Shown: positions 21,946 through 32,799, counted from the stretch's first letter. The stretch is 64,000 nt of DNA from Candidatus Latescibacterota bacterium (GCA_963707635.1 OY970173.1:192001-256000), one strand, 5' to 3'. The notes: a model not told the origin generated them from the sequence alone. Translations and numbers: made by a program.

Positions 21946-23238
21946 TCACGGCGTTACGCTCCGAATGGCCCGATTGACGGTCTCGGTCCAGTAGATCACA
22001 CCCCCGTCGATCGCAATCGCTTCGGGAAAAAAGGGGATGATCCCTATGTTGCCCACAATTCGTCGTGGGTTTCCGCCTGATTTCGGAACCATTCCAACCT
22101 CGGCCTGATTGATCCAGAAGAGCGTTGACGCGTTGAGGGCGAGCACATAGGGCGACCAGCGGTTGCTGCCGGAAAACACGGGTGTGATCGGGCCACCGCC
22201 TACGGGAATCTTACGAATCCAACCGGTGTCGTTCTCCGCGAAGAACACGAATTCGCCGTCGCTTATGATGTCGGCCAGGAACGGGAGGTCGTCTGCAACC
22301 GTCTCTACGGTTCCACCGGCGGCGGGGACGCGCAGAATATCACCGTTGTGCGACCGGAAGTATACGTACCCGCCCACGACACACATCGGTCCGGCCTTGT
22401 CGCCGGAGCCCAGGTACTCGACTGGCCCGCCGCCGATCGGCACCCTCTTGACCTCGGAGTACCCCGCCTTTTCGATCCAGTACACATAAGTGCTATCCGT
22501 CGCGATGTCTTCGACATAGAAACTCCCCTGCGCGAGCGAGTCGGCAGCGCCCCCGTTTATCGGCACTTTCTTGATAGTCCAGCTGTCGGCGACGTAAACA
22601 TTCTCATCGTCGATCGCGATCGGAGCGAAGTCGCTCGTGAAGCCGGCCGCGAGTGTCTGCGCGATGCCGCCCGCTGTGGGCACTTTCTTCAGCGCCTTTC
22701 CTTCACCTTCGTACCAGTACACGCTTCCCCCACCTACGACCATATTCGCGTGGAAAGGAAATATACTCTGGTATGTGGAGGGGATGATATCCACCGGCGA
22801 CGCGACCGTGGCGATGAACGAACCCGTTTTCTGAAGACTGAAGAGTGCCGAGGAACCGGTGCAGTTGCCAGAGCCGCCCGCGATCGTTCCCTCCCACTGT
22901 GGCATTCTGTACTTCCCGTAAGTCGCGTTGAAGAACACGCTGTCGTCACCCGAAGTGACGGCAAGAGACAGGCGACCTCCGACCAACAAGCCCGTCACAT
23001 CCCCCGACGCCATGCAGGCACCGCCGCCGATAGAGGCCTCCCCGCTTATTGAATCCGCGTGTTGTACGAGCGACATCGAAATGTAGCCCATAGGACCCGA
23101 CTCGAGCCAGGTGCCGTTCCAGACGCCGGTAATATTGGTGGGTGGCTCTAATTCGCCGACCTTGGTGGGACTCTCATCGCCGCAACCGCCGACACACAGC
23201 GCGGCAGCGGCCATGGTGACAATGAGCACACGGCCCAC
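21946..23238 (-). CDS. hypothetical lipoprotein with beta-propeller repeats
   Basis: Lipobox-like VGGC; repeated VYW...KVPxxGG blades. Confidence 0.7.
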   Translation of the reverse strand: MGRVLIVTMAAAALCVGGCGDESPTKVGELEPPTNITGVWNGTWLESGPMGYISMSLVQHADSISGEASIGGGACMASGDVTGLLVGGRLSLAVTSGDDSVFFNATYGKYRMPQWEGTIAGGSGNCTGSSALFSLQKTGSFIATVASPVDIIPSTYQSIFPFHANMVVGGGSVYWYEGEGKALKKVPTAGGIAQTLAAGFTSDFAPIAIDDENVYVADSWTIKKVPINGGAADSLAQGSFYVEDIATDSTYVYWIEKAGYSEVKRVPIGGGPVEYLGSGDKAGPMCVVGGYVYFRSHNGDILRVPAAGGTVETVADDLPFLADIISDGEFVFFAENDTGWIRKIPVGGGPITPVFSGSNRWSPYVLALNASTLFWINQAEVGMVPKSGGNPRRIVGNIGIIPFFPEAIAIDGGVIYWTETVNRAIRSVTP

Positions 23239-23367
23239 GGGAGTTGACAGGGCGATTCCTCCGGGCGAAGCAGACGGTACCAGAATATTCTAGCACACCG
23301 TTGCCAGACCATGGTAACCGCCCCCCGGTTGCCCGGGGGGTACTACGCCGGGGAAACGGACGCGGGC

Positions 23368-24972
23368 TTACGGTGGCGGGATCATCAACAGAACCGAACC
23401 CATGGCCGGTATGGCGGCACGTCCGATCAACCAGCCGCCCATCCAGCGGCCCTCAACCCGCATCGCGTCGGTTTCGAGCGGCACTCGAAACGACACGTGC
23501 TCCTGATCCGAAGCGACGAGGTCGCCCTTCGTCGGCTCCAAGCCGAATTCCGGACTGCTCATGGTGACGCTCTTTCCCGCTTCGTCCACCGTCAGCGCGA
23601 ACCGGTACGCGCCCGATCCGAAGTAGATCGTTCCCTCCAGCGGCTTGGCCAGCGAGGGCGCCTTGGGCGGCCCCGACACCATGGCCCGCACCGCGTCGAG
23701 CGCGGGATCTCGATTCGCGCGGTAGTCGGCGGAGGTGAGCATGGCCGGAACCTGCGGTGCGATCGCGTCGCGGTCGTCGCGCGGATCGGAGTATTGCCAC
23801 TGGAGGGTGGAAACACGGATGGTGAGACCCGAATTCGGCAGCGTCACCTTGCGCGAGTCACCGTAGCCGTTCGGGCGCGCGCCGGTCGGCTCGCCGACGA
23901 AGATGGCGTTGGTGTACTTCTCGAGATCCAACGCGAACATCATGGCGGCCGAGAATGTACCGCGCCCCGTGATCATGAACAGCCGCCCCGGTTCCTGGAG
24001 CTGTGGAGAGCGAATCAGCCCCTTGAGCAGCGGCATGTTGCGCCCGTTGTTGCCACCCGGATTGTTGCGGATATCGATCACCAGCGCCTCGACCGGATTG
24101 GCCGCAATGAAGGCGAACAGCCGGTCGGCGAATGCTTCCACGCTCTCGTCTTCCCGGTCGTATACCTCGTTGTACTGCATGTAGACGAGGCGGTCGTCTT
24201 GCAAGTACTCGAACCAGTAGTTCGAATCCGGATCGCGCAGGTAGAGCGGCAGCGGAGATTTCGATCCGTCGCACGCGTCCACCCAGTCGACGTGGCCGCC
24301 CGTCGGCACCGCGTCCAGATCGAGTGTCATCTTCTGCCCGTTGGTGGTTTCGATCACGAACGACGAAGAGGCGGGACTCTCCGTCACGCCGCGCGCCGCA
24401 AGCACTTCAGGTATCACCAGGAAGTCGGGCAACAGATGACGGACCTGGGTGTCGTTGTCGCGCTGGACCACCGGGGTGACAATTGCCACTGCCTCCTCCG
24501 CCGACATCCGCCCGATACGCAGCACGCGACCGCCGGCCGCGCGGGCGTGCGCCTTGTCCACACGCCGCACGAACAGCCCGTCCTCATACCGGTACAAGCG
24601 GATGGGCAGGTGGTGGAAGGTCAACCCGTCGATTTTTGGCGCCGGTGTCGGCGAGTGGCCTCCGAAAAACCCGGCTTCCGGGTCGACGGGCAGGGTGAGG
24701 CGGGTATGTCCGTCGCACACGCCGGCGACCAGCTCGGCGATCGCGACCACGATCTCGTAGTGCTCCATGTCCGGCACCGCTTGCTTCAAGCGATCGATGC
24801 GCACCTCGAACGAGTCGCGCGGGAGGGTGTGGAACAAGTTGGCGTGGGTTTCGGGCATCACCCTGGCCATGGCGGACAGGTCGTCACGCCAGCGTCCCAC
24901 CCACTCCGATGGGACCCCGGCCATCGCCGACGTGGAGACTGCGAGAGAGAGGGCCGTGACCAGGATCATCAC
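23368..24972 (-). CDS. secreted S41-like peptidase
   Basis: Signal peptide; DGHT, VIDIRNNPGGN, TFSAA, VGEPTG. Confidence 0.78.
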   Translation of the reverse strand: MMILVTALSLAVSTSAMAGVPSEWVGRWRDDLSAMARVMPETHANLFHTLPRDSFEVRIDRLKQAVPDMEHYEIVVAIAELVAGVCDGHTRLTLPVDPEAGFFGGHSPTPAPKIDGLTFHHLPIRLYRYEDGLFVRRVDKAHARAAGGRVLRIGRMSAEEAVAIVTPVVQRDNDTQVRHLLPDFLVIPEVLAARGVTESPASSSFVIETTNGQKMTLDLDAVPTGGHVDWVDACDGSKSPLPLYLRDPDSNYWFEYLQDDRLVYMQYNEVYDREDESVEAFADRLFAFIAANPVEALVIDIRNNPGGNNGRNMPLLKGLIRSPQLQEPGRLFMITGRGTFSAAMMFALDLEKYTNAIFVGEPTGARPNGYGDSRKVTLPNSGLTIRVSTLQWQYSDPRDDRDAIAPQVPAMLTSADYRANRDPALDAVRAMVSGPPKAPSLAKPLEGTIYFGSGAYRFALTVDEAGKSVTMSSPEFGLEPTKGDLVASDQEHVSFRVPLETDAMRVEGRWMGGWLIGRAAIPAMGSVLLMIPPP

Positions 24973-25133
24973 GGTTCTCTACGCCTGACCTGCAACAAGG
25001 TTACAGGCCTCGCCCCGTTACCAGCCCGGCGAGCGCGAATTGGTGCAGATTTTGCACATAGCTGCGACGCGCTCCTCGCAGTGGGAGTTTACTGCCCACT
25101 CGCCGCCAGCAACGAGGCAAGTTGAGGTGAATC

Positions 25134-25703
25134 GTGGAAACACTCATTAAGGACAAGACCCAGGCACCGGCAAAAACATCCGAAACAGCCCCGGCCCAGC
25201 CGGCCGAGAATGCTGGGACGGTCGCGCAGGCCTCCGCACGGGGCAAAGAGCTCGAAGAGCTGTTGCGTATCAAGAAGAGCCACCGGATCGAAGGCAGCCA
25301 GGTGCCGTGCCCCAGCTGCGGCATGCGTATCGAAGTTACCGTCAACCGCTGCCCGTTCTGTGAGTCCGACACCGCCGCCGAAACGGCGCTGGCGCGAGAG
25401 ACGATGCGCCGTCTGCGAGAACTCTCGGGCGAGCTCGACGTGGAGCACAGCCTTCTCACGCAGGAACCGGCCCCCCGGCGCGGGTTCTTTCAGCGCCTCA
25501 AGTACCTCTTCGAAGGCGACCCCGAGCCGGCCGACACCCCCAGGCCCGACCCGCATGCCAGGCGTCTGCTGAGCAATCTCGCGCCGGGCGACTCCTTGAA
25601 AGTGCTCGAGGAGGACGGCCCGTGGCTCAAGGTCAAGACCATGGGCAGCGAAATCGGGTGGGTATACTCGACGGTGCGCAAGACCCCGCAATCGCACAAG
25701 TAA
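25134..25703 (+). CDS. zinc-ribbon plus C-terminal SH3b domain protein
   Basis: CPSC...CPFC; LKVLEEDGPWLKV...GWVY. Confidence 0.7.
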   Translation: METLIKDKTQAPAKTSETAPAQPAENAGTVAQASARGKELEELLRIKKSHRIEGSQVPCPSCGMRIEVTVNRCPFCESDTAAETALARETMRRLRELSGELDVEHSLLTQEPAPRRGFFQRLKYLFEGDPEPADTPRPDPHARRLLSNLAPGDSLKVLEEDGPWLKVKTMGSEIGWVYSTVRKTPQSHK

Positions 25704-25768
25704 CGCCGATCGCGCCAAGGACCCTCGCCAGATCGCTTCGAGGCGTGCGAGAATACCTCGATTTCGCC

Positions 25769-25797
25769 CAATCCTTTTCTAGAATCCGAGCGACTCA
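25769..25797 (+). promoter_or_regulatory. putative ECF sigma promoter (autoregulatory)
   Basis: CAATCC-N17-GACTCA; same architecture at 27121. Confidence 0.45.
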
Positions 25798-26361
25798 ATG
25801 CCTGAGATGAGCGCGCCCCATGGCAGCCCCCGGTCGGACCGCGAGCTGGTCGACGCCGTTCTCCAGCACAAGGACGAGCTGGCCTTCCGGGAGCTTTATC
25901 GCCGCCATACGCCGCGGCTGTTCATGCTGGTGGCGCGTCTGCTGGCGCGGGGCGATCACGAGGCGGAAGACGTCGTGCAAGAGGTATGGATTCACGCCTT
26001 CGAAAGTCTCGGCCGCTTCGAATGGAACTCGGCGTTTTCGACCTGGTTGACCGGCATCGGACTCAACCGCGTCCGTGACCGCATCCGCAAGTACGGCCGT
26101 TCGCGCGAAACCGGAGTCGACGCCGTGCCGGACGTCGCGGTGGCTCCCGGCTCGCACGAAACGAGGATCGATCTGGAACGGATGATCAGCCGGTTGCCCG
26201 ACGATCAGCGCCTCGTGCTCGTCCTGCACGACGTGGAAGGAATGAAACACAGAGAAATCTCGGAGCGCCTCGACATCCCGGAAGGAACGTCGAAGACACT
26301 GCTGTCGAGCGCGCGCGCGCGCCTTCGCGGAATGATGTCGCGAAAGGGAGTAGAGACATGA
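25798..26361 (+). CDS. ECF RNA polymerase sigma factor
   Basis: AFRELYRRH, AEDVVQE.W, FSTWL, HDVEGMKHREIS..LDIPEGTSK; start 25798 or 25807. Confidence 0.92.
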   Translation: MPEMSAPHGSPRSDRELVDAVLQHKDELAFRELYRRHTPRLFMLVARLLARGDHEAEDVVQEVWIHAFESLGRFEWNSAFSTWLTGIGLNRVRDRIRKYGRSRETGVDAVPDVAVAPGSHETRIDLERMISRLPDDQRLVLVLHDVEGMKHREISERLDIPEGTSKTLLSSARARLRGMMSRKGVET

Positions 26362-27095
26362 CTGACGAACTGACGCCGGAAGAAAAAGCGGCACTGGAGA
26401 GCCTCCCGCGGGAACGCATGCCCGCCGGGCTGGAAGCGCGGGTGGTCGGCGCGATGCGCGATCACGGCTTCCTCGCGAAACGGCGGCGGATGATCGAGCT
26501 GACGAACGGCCGCGTGACCGGAGTTCTCGCCGCCGGCGTGGCCCTCATGATCGGCGCGTACTCGATCGGTCTGCATCGCGGCGACGGCGTCGCCGTGCTT
26601 CCACCACCTCCGACCCTGCCGCGGGACGACCGCTACCTGGCGGAGACGCCGGCGGAAATGCCGGAGCCGACCCCTGCGGTCGTCGGCGAGGCCCGTGAGG
26701 CAGAGTCGCCGGCGGCCGGGAGTGCGGAGAAGAAAACCTTGGGATCGAAACCTGATGCAGCCCTGACGACCCCGGGGGTAGTGGCAGACCGCACGGATAA
26801 GCTCGAGGCGGGGGAGACGCGCGCCTCGAAGGAACGGAAGACTGCTGCCGCTCCAGCGCAGGAGGCACTGTCGGCCGAGGGCAAGGTGAACGAGCCCTCC
26901 GACCGGGCGCCGCGCGCGCCGGCGGCCGCATCCCTCGCAGTTTCGAAACGGCCACTGACCTTCTTCTTGAATGGCTCCCCCGTGGTGGTCGAGGCGCCGG
27001 ACAGCGTCCGTGTCACCCAGGACGAACAAGGTCGAATGCTCATCATCTATACGTCGGACGGCATCATCCGCATCCGCCTGGCCGACGACCCCTGA
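26358..27095 (+). CDS. putative membrane anti-sigma factor
   Basis: Overlaps sigma stop (ATGA); short N-terminal domain, one TM helix, Pro/Ala-rich periplasmic part. Confidence 0.65.
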   Translation: MTDELTPEEKAALESLPRERMPAGLEARVVGAMRDHGFLAKRRRMIELTNGRVTGVLAAGVALMIGAYSIGLHRGDGVAVLPPPPTLPRDDRYLAETPAEMPEPTPAVVGEAREAESPAAGSAEKKTLGSKPDAALTTPGVVADRTDKLEAGETRASKERKTAAAPAQEALSAEGKVNEPSDRAPRAPAAASLAVSKRPLTFFLNGSPVVVEAPDSVRVTQDEQGRMLIIYTSDGIIRIRLADDP

Positions 27096-27120
27096 TTCTT
27101 GCCAAAGACGCCTTTTCGGT

Positions 27121-27149
27121 AAAACCAAACGTCCCGCCGCGGCGACTCA
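27121..27149 (+). promoter_or_regulatory. putative ECF sigma promoter of the vWA gene
   Basis: AAAACC-N17-GACTCA. Confidence 0.45.
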
Positions 27150-27212
27150 CGGGTGTCATCGAGAGTCGCTGCGTCGCGGTGACCTCGCGGTCCTTATCGA
27201 AAGGGGTATCCC

Positions 27213-29120
27213 ATGAAGACTATCACCTGGGCCGGCGCGATGCTGGCCATCATGCTGTCCGCGGTCCTATCGAGCGCGGACGGGACCGGACGCATCACGG
27301 GACGCGTCCTCGATTCACAAACTCAAGCGCCCGTAGCGGGTGCGACCGTGGTCGTACAAGACACGCGCTTGAGCGCCCACACCGGAGCCGACGGAACCTA
27401 CACCATCGCCGGAGTGCCCGCCGGGGTGTACATCGTCCGCGTCGAGAAGACCGGCGCGCCGTCCGTATTGCAGCGGGTATCCGTTGTCGCCGGGCAGACG
27501 ACCACCGCCGATTTCAGAATCACGCGGCTTCGCGAGCAACCCACACCCGTGGAGGCACCGGTGGAGAATGAAGCCCGGCCGGATGCACTCAAGTCTTCCG
27601 AAGGAAAGGGATCGCCGGCCACGGCTTCCCTCGGCGTGGTCGGCCAGCGCATGGCGTGCGAGAATCCCGTGATGGCATGGCGGTCACCGGGCTTCGAGTC
27701 CTACGACAACATCAATGAAAACGACTGGCTTTCGACGCTCGACAAGCCGCTCTCGACCTTCTCGGTCGACGTCGACGCGGCGTCGTATGGCAACGTGCGC
27801 CGCTTCATCACCAGCGGGCAGCTGCCGCCGATCGACGCGGTTCGCATCGAAGAGCTGATCAACTACTTCGACTACGACTACCCGGACCCGCGTGGCCGGC
27901 ATCCGTTTTCGATCACGACCGAGGTGGCCGAGTGCCCGTGGAACCGGGAGAACATGCTGGTCCACATCGGCCTCCAGGGCATGCGCATTGCGGTCGAAAG
28001 TCTTCCGCCGAGCAACCTGGTCTTTCTGATCGACGTGTCCGGTTCAATGATGCCGCCCAACAAGCTGCCGCTGCTCAAGTCGTCGTTCCGGATGCTCGTG
28101 GACCAGCTCCGTGAAGAGGATCGCGTGGCGATCGTCGTGTACGCGGGCGCCGCGGGCCTCGTTCTGCCTGCGACTTGCGGAAGCGACCGGGAACAGATCC
28201 TCTGCGCCATCGACCGGCTCGAAGCCGGCGGGTCGACCGCGGGCGGCGCCGGCATCCAGCTCGCCTACCAGGTCGCGCAGGAGAACTTCCTCGAGGGCGG
28301 CAACAACCGCGTCATCCTCGCTACCGACGGCGATTTCAACGTCGGCGTGGCAAGCGACGGCGACATGGTGCGCCTGATCGAGGAAAAGCGCCGGAGTGGC
28401 GTGTTCCTCACCGTGCTCGGATTCGGCGAGGGCAACCTCAAGGACTCCAAGATGGAAAAGATCGCCGACGCGGGCAACGGCCACTACGCCTACATCGACA
28501 ACCTCAATGAGGCGAGAAAAGTCATGGTCAACGAGATGGGCGCGACGCTACTCACGGTCGCCAAGGACGTGAAACTGCAGGTGGAGTTCAATCCCGCGCG
28601 CGTATCGTCGTACCGGCTGGTCGGGTACGAGAACCGGCTCCTGCAGGACCGGGACTTCGACGACGACACCAAGGACGCCGGCGAGATCGGCGCCGGGCAC
28701 TCGGTGACGGCGCTTTACGAAGTCGCCCTCACCGACGAAGACGGCGATCGGACGGGCAGACCGCTCAAGTATTCCGATGTCACCGTGCGTGACAGCGCCC
28801 GCCGAAATGCCGAGCTGCTCACGGTGTCGTTTCGCTACAAGGCGCCGACCGAGAGCGAGAGCCGTCTGCTTTCACAGGTCGTGAAGGATCGCAACACCCG
28901 CTTCGCCAACGCCTCGAGCAACTTCCGTTTCTCGGCAGCGGTGGCGGAGTTCGGGATGATCCTTCGCGACTCGCCGAACAAGGGCGACGCCACCATGGCC
29001 GAGGTCATCACGACGGCGCGAGCCGCTCGAGGCCACGACGAGCACGGCTACCGCGCGGAGTTCGTGAGCCTTGCTGAGACGGCGGAGCTCCTCATGACGC
29101 CGGCGGTGGGTACGAGGTAG
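27213..29120 (+). CDS. secreted YfbK-like von Willebrand factor A protein with N-terminal carboxypeptidase-regulatory-like domain
   Basis: STFSVDVDAASY, VRIEELINYF, DVSGSM MIDAS, ATDGDFNVG, GYENRLL, DAGEIGAGHSVTALYE. Confidence 0.88.
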   Translation: MKTITWAGAMLAIMLSAVLSSADGTGRITGRVLDSQTQAPVAGATVVVQDTRLSAHTGADGTYTIAGVPAGVYIVRVEKTGAPSVLQRVSVVAGQTTTADFRITRLREQPTPVEAPVENEARPDALKSSEGKGSPATASLGVVGQRMACENPVMAWRSPGFESYDNINENDWLSTLDKPLSTFSVDVDAASYGNVRRFITSGQLPPIDAVRIEELINYFDYDYPDPRGRHPFSITTEVAECPWNRENMLVHIGLQGMRIAVESLPPSNLVFLIDVSGSMMPPNKLPLLKSSFRMLVDQLREEDRVAIVVYAGAAGLVLPATCGSDREQILCAIDRLEAGGSTAGGAGIQLAYQVAQENFLEGGNNRVILATDGDFNVGVASDGDMVRLIEEKRRSGVFLTVLGFGEGNLKDSKMEKIADAGNGHYAYIDNLNEARKVMVNEMGATLLTVAKDVKLQVEFNPARVSSYRLVGYENRLLQDRDFDDDTKDAGEIGAGHSVTALYEVALTDEDGDRTGRPLKYSDVTVRDSARRNAELLTVSFRYKAPTESESRLLSQVVKDRNTRFANASSNFRFSAAVAEFGMILRDSPNKGDATMAEVITTARAARGHDEHGYRAEFVSLAETAELLMTPAVGTR

Positions 29121-29208
29121 TCACGCGGGAAGTGTAGGGGCGCATCTTTCTGCGGACCGGGCCGCTCCTCGCCAGAGGGGCGGCCCGTTGTCGATCGAGG
29201 TGGCCAGG

Positions 29209-31833
29209 CTAGAAATCCTCGAGCAGCCATATATTCCCTTCACCCGTGTTGCTCGTGAAGGCAACATGACGGCCATCGGGTGAGGCCGCGGAGCTGTACA
29301 TCCACATTTGCGTGGGCAAGAGTCGCGTCGTCTTGCCATTCGCGGCCACGCGGTACAAATTCCACTCTTCATCCTCGTCACTCAAGCCGATTGCGAACCA
29401 ACCGGTTCCGTCCGCAGTCCAGGCCACGTTCATGCCCCGGAGCTCGCGATCCAACCTGGTGTCGTGGATAGAGCCGTCCCGCAGCGAGAGCGTGCGAATC
29501 ACGGGCAAATCGTCTGGTTTGATCGCCAGCCTCGTCGCGTCGAACGACAGATCCCAGACAGGCACCTTGCCCGCCGATACGCGCGCCACCTCGCTGCCCA
29601 GACCTTGAAGCGGATCGAATTCGGCAAAAACGGTTTCGGCGCCATCGGACGCGCTCACTACGCAGAGCGTCGCGGGTGGTGTTGCACACCGGAACTGTGC
29701 GGTCGCCTGGGTGTCGAACACCTTCTCGGGCGGACCTCCCGCGACGGGCAACCGCATGACGCGAGTCACTTCTTCGGTGCCACCCTCGGCTCCTCTGTAC
29801 TCCAGGTAGAGAATCCAGTGGCCATCGGGGCTTACACACGGCGCAGACTGGTCGCCGGGACCGGTCACCAGTGGCTCCGCAGCGGACGCGTCGAGCGCCT
29901 GCCGAAAGATGTCGGGGCTGCCGTTACGATCCGACGTGAACAGGATCGATTTTCCGTCCGGCATCCACGTCGGCTCGACGTCCATGCGTTCATCCAATGT
30001 CAAGCGTCGGACATCTTGCAGCGCGGAGTCCCGGGGCGCAATGCGACCCACGTAGCAGTCGCTCTGATACATGAGGATGCGTACGCTGAGCCGCTTTCCG
30101 TCCGTCGAGATACCTAACGGAAGGACCGCAGACAGCCCGATCCACTGCGTGATTCTTCGCGGCTTGCCGGATGGAGCGCCCGACGACGGATCGACACGGA
30201 TCGACCAAAGGTTCATGTCGCGTTGACTGGGAGGCGGATCGGTGAGCCCGAAGAAGAGCCGCCCGTCCGGCGCCCACAGAGCGATCGTGAATCCGTGCAT
30301 GCTCTGTTCGGAGTTGCTCGATAGAATTTCACGGCGATTTCCATCGAGATCGCAGGACTCCAGTGTGATTCGAAAGCCTGCGGGTCCGACCGACAAACGC
30401 GCGTACGCCAAACGCGATCCCTTCGGCGACCACACCGCCCACGTGTTGATCGTGCTCGTCGAGTCACTCGGCAGAACGCGCCGTGCATTCTCGCCGCTTA
30501 CGTCCGCACACCAGATCTCTGCGCCGCTGCCGGCGGAGTGCATGTACGCGATGCGTGATCCGTCGCGCGAAACGGTCGCCCCGTAGCCGTCGCTGCAAAT
30601 CTTGCGCGCCCGTCCGCCAAGCACCGGAATCGCCCACACGCACGGGCTTCCATCCGACATGTTGCCGCTGATCAGCAGCTGGCTTCCGTCGGGGAACCAA
30701 TCGAGGGTCGGAACGACGAGTCCGGCCGAGAATCCATCGGGGAGCTTCACCGGACTGCTTTCGCCCGAATCGACCGCACGCAAAGAAAGGCCAGTGTGAT
30801 CGACGACCGCGAGCGTTCGCCCGTCAGGAGAAATGACTCCGGCGCCGACCGGATTGCTCCACGGATTCGAGGTGAGCTGTCGTTGCTGGAGCTCGGGATG
30901 GTGCCACGGCCGTCGCCACACGACAAGAGCTCCTACTCCCAGCCCACCCAGCACGAGCGCCACGATCACGGTCCTCCGTGCCACAACCCTGCCGTTGGAC
31001 TTTTTTCCTGGCCCGCCCACGCCGTGGGCCAGCCTCTTCAAGTCTTCTATGACTTCGCTCGTCGAGGAGTATCGCTCCGCCGGCTCTTTCGCCAGCATGC
31101 GCCCGACCACCGGCTCCAACTCCGCGGCTCGCTTGACGCCCGAGGCTCGCAGCATCGGCGGCGCGACGTTCAGGATCTTGTGCATCACGGCCGGTTCGTG
31201 CTCAGCCATAAATGGAGACGTCCCGGTCAGCATTTCGTGGAACAGAACTCCCAGCGAGAAGATATCGGAGCGTTGATCAAGCTCCTCGCCTCTCACCTGC
31301 TCGGGAGACATGTAGGCCACCGTGCCCACGGTGCCCCCGGTCTTCGTCAATTTCGTTTCGCCCCCGAGTTTCGCCAGGCCGAAGTCCAGGATCTTCGCCA
31401 CACCCTGGTCGGTGATCACGACGTTGGCCGGCTTGATATCGCGGTGCACGATTCCGCGTCGGTGCGCCTCCTCGAGCCCGTGCGCCACCTGTGTGACGAT
31501 GTCGATCGCGTCCTCGGCGCCGAGCGGTCCGCGTGTGAGGCGGTCTTTGAGCGTCTCGCCTTCGTAGTAGTCCATGCAAATGAACATGTGCCCGTCGTCG
31601 CTCTGGTCGATCTCGTGGATCGTGCAGATGTTGTGATGCTGGAGCGCGGAGATCGCCTGAGCTTCGCGGAGCAGGCGCTTCTTAGCCGTTTCGTCGCGCG
31701 TCAGTTCAACGGGGAGAAACTTGAGGGCAACCGTACGCTTGAGTCTGTCGTCTTCCGCCTTGTAGACGACGCCCATGCCACCGGAACCTATTTCCTGCAG
31801 GATCTTGTAATGGGAGACGGTCCGGCCGATCAT
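29209..31833 (-). CDS. Hanks-type Ser/Thr kinase with TM helix and TolB/PD40 beta-propeller
   Basis: GSGGMGVVY, VALKFL, HRDIKPAN, DFGLA, YMSPEQ; SPDG/W.PDG repeats. Confidence 0.92.
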   Translation of the reverse strand: MIGRTVSHYKILQEIGSGGMGVVYKAEDDRLKRTVALKFLPVELTRDETAKKRLLREAQAISALQHHNICTIHEIDQSDDGHMFICMDYYEGETLKDRLTRGPLGAEDAIDIVTQVAHGLEEAHRRGIVHRDIKPANVVITDQGVAKILDFGLAKLGGETKLTKTGGTVGTVAYMSPEQVRGEELDQRSDIFSLGVLFHEMLTGTSPFMAEHEPAVMHKILNVAPPMLRASGVKRAAELEPVVGRMLAKEPAERYSSTSEVIEDLKRLAHGVGGPGKKSNGRVVARRTVIVALVLGGLGVGALVVWRRPWHHPELQQRQLTSNPWSNPVGAGVISPDGRTLAVVDHTGLSLRAVDSGESSPVKLPDGFSAGLVVPTLDWFPDGSQLLISGNMSDGSPCVWAIPVLGGRARKICSDGYGATVSRDGSRIAYMHSAGSGAEIWCADVSGENARRVLPSDSTSTINTWAVWSPKGSRLAYARLSVGPAGFRITLESCDLDGNRREILSSNSEQSMHGFTIALWAPDGRLFFGLTDPPPSQRDMNLWSIRVDPSSGAPSGKPRRITQWIGLSAVLPLGISTDGKRLSVRILMYQSDCYVGRIAPRDSALQDVRRLTLDERMDVEPTWMPDGKSILFTSDRNGSPDIFRQALDASAAEPLVTGPGDQSAPCVSPDGHWILYLEYRGAEGGTEEVTRVMRLPVAGGPPEKVFDTQATAQFRCATPPATLCVVSASDGAETVFAEFDPLQGLGSEVARVSAGKVPVWDLSFDATRLAIKPDDLPVIRTLSLRDGSIHDTRLDRELRGMNVAWTADGTGWFAIGLSDEDEEWNLYRVAANGKTTRLLPTQMWMYSSAASPDGRHVAFTSNTGEGNIWLLEDF

Positions 31834-31866
31834 GGGCCGCATGATACGGCAGGGGGACGGTCGCCG

Positions 31867-32733
31867 TCAAAAGTGAGCATTCGCGACCGGCAGCCAGCGA
31901 GTCCAGCTCGAATTGTTGCCGGCGAAGTTGAGCACGCCGAGTTGAACGCCGTGCAGTGCTTTCGCGTAGTTGAAGATTGCAATTGTGAGTCCCGCGGTCG
32001 ACGACGTCCAGACCAACGCCGACGCTCCGACGCCGCGGAGATCGTCTGAAGTCAGGAATAGCGAGGATACACCCACGCCTCGAAGGTCGCGCGTTCTCAC
32101 GTCCACCAACCCCATACTGAGTCCACGGTCGGTGTTCGCCGTCACCTCCCACAGACCAAGTGCCAACCCGTCGATCTCGTTGGCCATCACCATTGGCGCC
32201 ATCGACGCGCCGATGAGCGACCCTTTGCCACCCGCAATCAGACCCGCCATGGTGACTCCGGTCACGCGAGCCGGGGTGATAACAAACATCGCACCGACCG
32301 TCAGCCCCCAAATCCGGGCATTGGTACGAGTGTCATCAAAATCTCCGACCATTCCTCCGAGATTGATTCCCGCCATGCGCTGCCGCCCTTGCCCAGCGAG
32401 GCTGATCGAAATACCGTCGACACGTTCCGCCGAGACCATCAAGGCAATGGCGACACCTTCGAACGAGTGCCCGATCCCACTGAACAACCCAAGCGTGATC
32501 CCCCGATAGCGGGCGCTTCCGTTCGACTCTTCCGAATCCGGGCCCGCGACGATGAAATTCACTCCGTCCACCCGGGTCACACCGCGGTCGACCAGGTTGA
32601 AGCGCAGCCCGGTCCACTCTTTCGAGTTGCCAACGCTGACACCGGCATTCCCGGTTCCGATCTCCAGCGACGCTTCGCAGATACCAGGAACCAGCAGAAC
32701 CCCAAGCATAAGGACTGGTCGAAAACCCCTCAT
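31867..32733 (-). CDS. secreted Gly-rich beta-repeat surface protein (LA_2272-like)
   Basis: Signal peptide; repeated GxxxG units; ends GVQLGVLN...WLPVANAHF. Confidence 0.6.
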   Translation of the reverse strand: MRGFRPVLMLGVLLVPGICEASLEIGTGNAGVSVGNSKEWTGLRFNLVDRGVTRVDGVNFIVAGPDSEESNGSARYRGITLGLFSGIGHSFEGVAIALMVSAERVDGISISLAGQGRQRMAGINLGGMVGDFDDTRTNARIWGLTVGAMFVITPARVTGVTMAGLIAGGKGSLIGASMAPMVMANEIDGLALGLWEVTANTDRGLSMGLVDVRTRDLRGVGVSSLFLTSDDLRGVGASALVWTSSTAGLTIAIFNYAKALHGVQLGVLNFAGNNSSWTRWLPVANAHF

Positions 32734-32770
32734 TCGCTACCTCGGTAGAGTTCCCGGCTCGACACAACGA

Positions 32771-32799
32771 GAGGGTCGGCGCGAATCACGCCGACCCTC
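32771..32799 (-). terminator. stem-loop downstream of DSFFD gene, possible terminator
   Basis: GAGGGTCGGCG-N7-CGCCGACCCTC perfect 11-bp stem; weak U tract. Confidence 0.4.
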
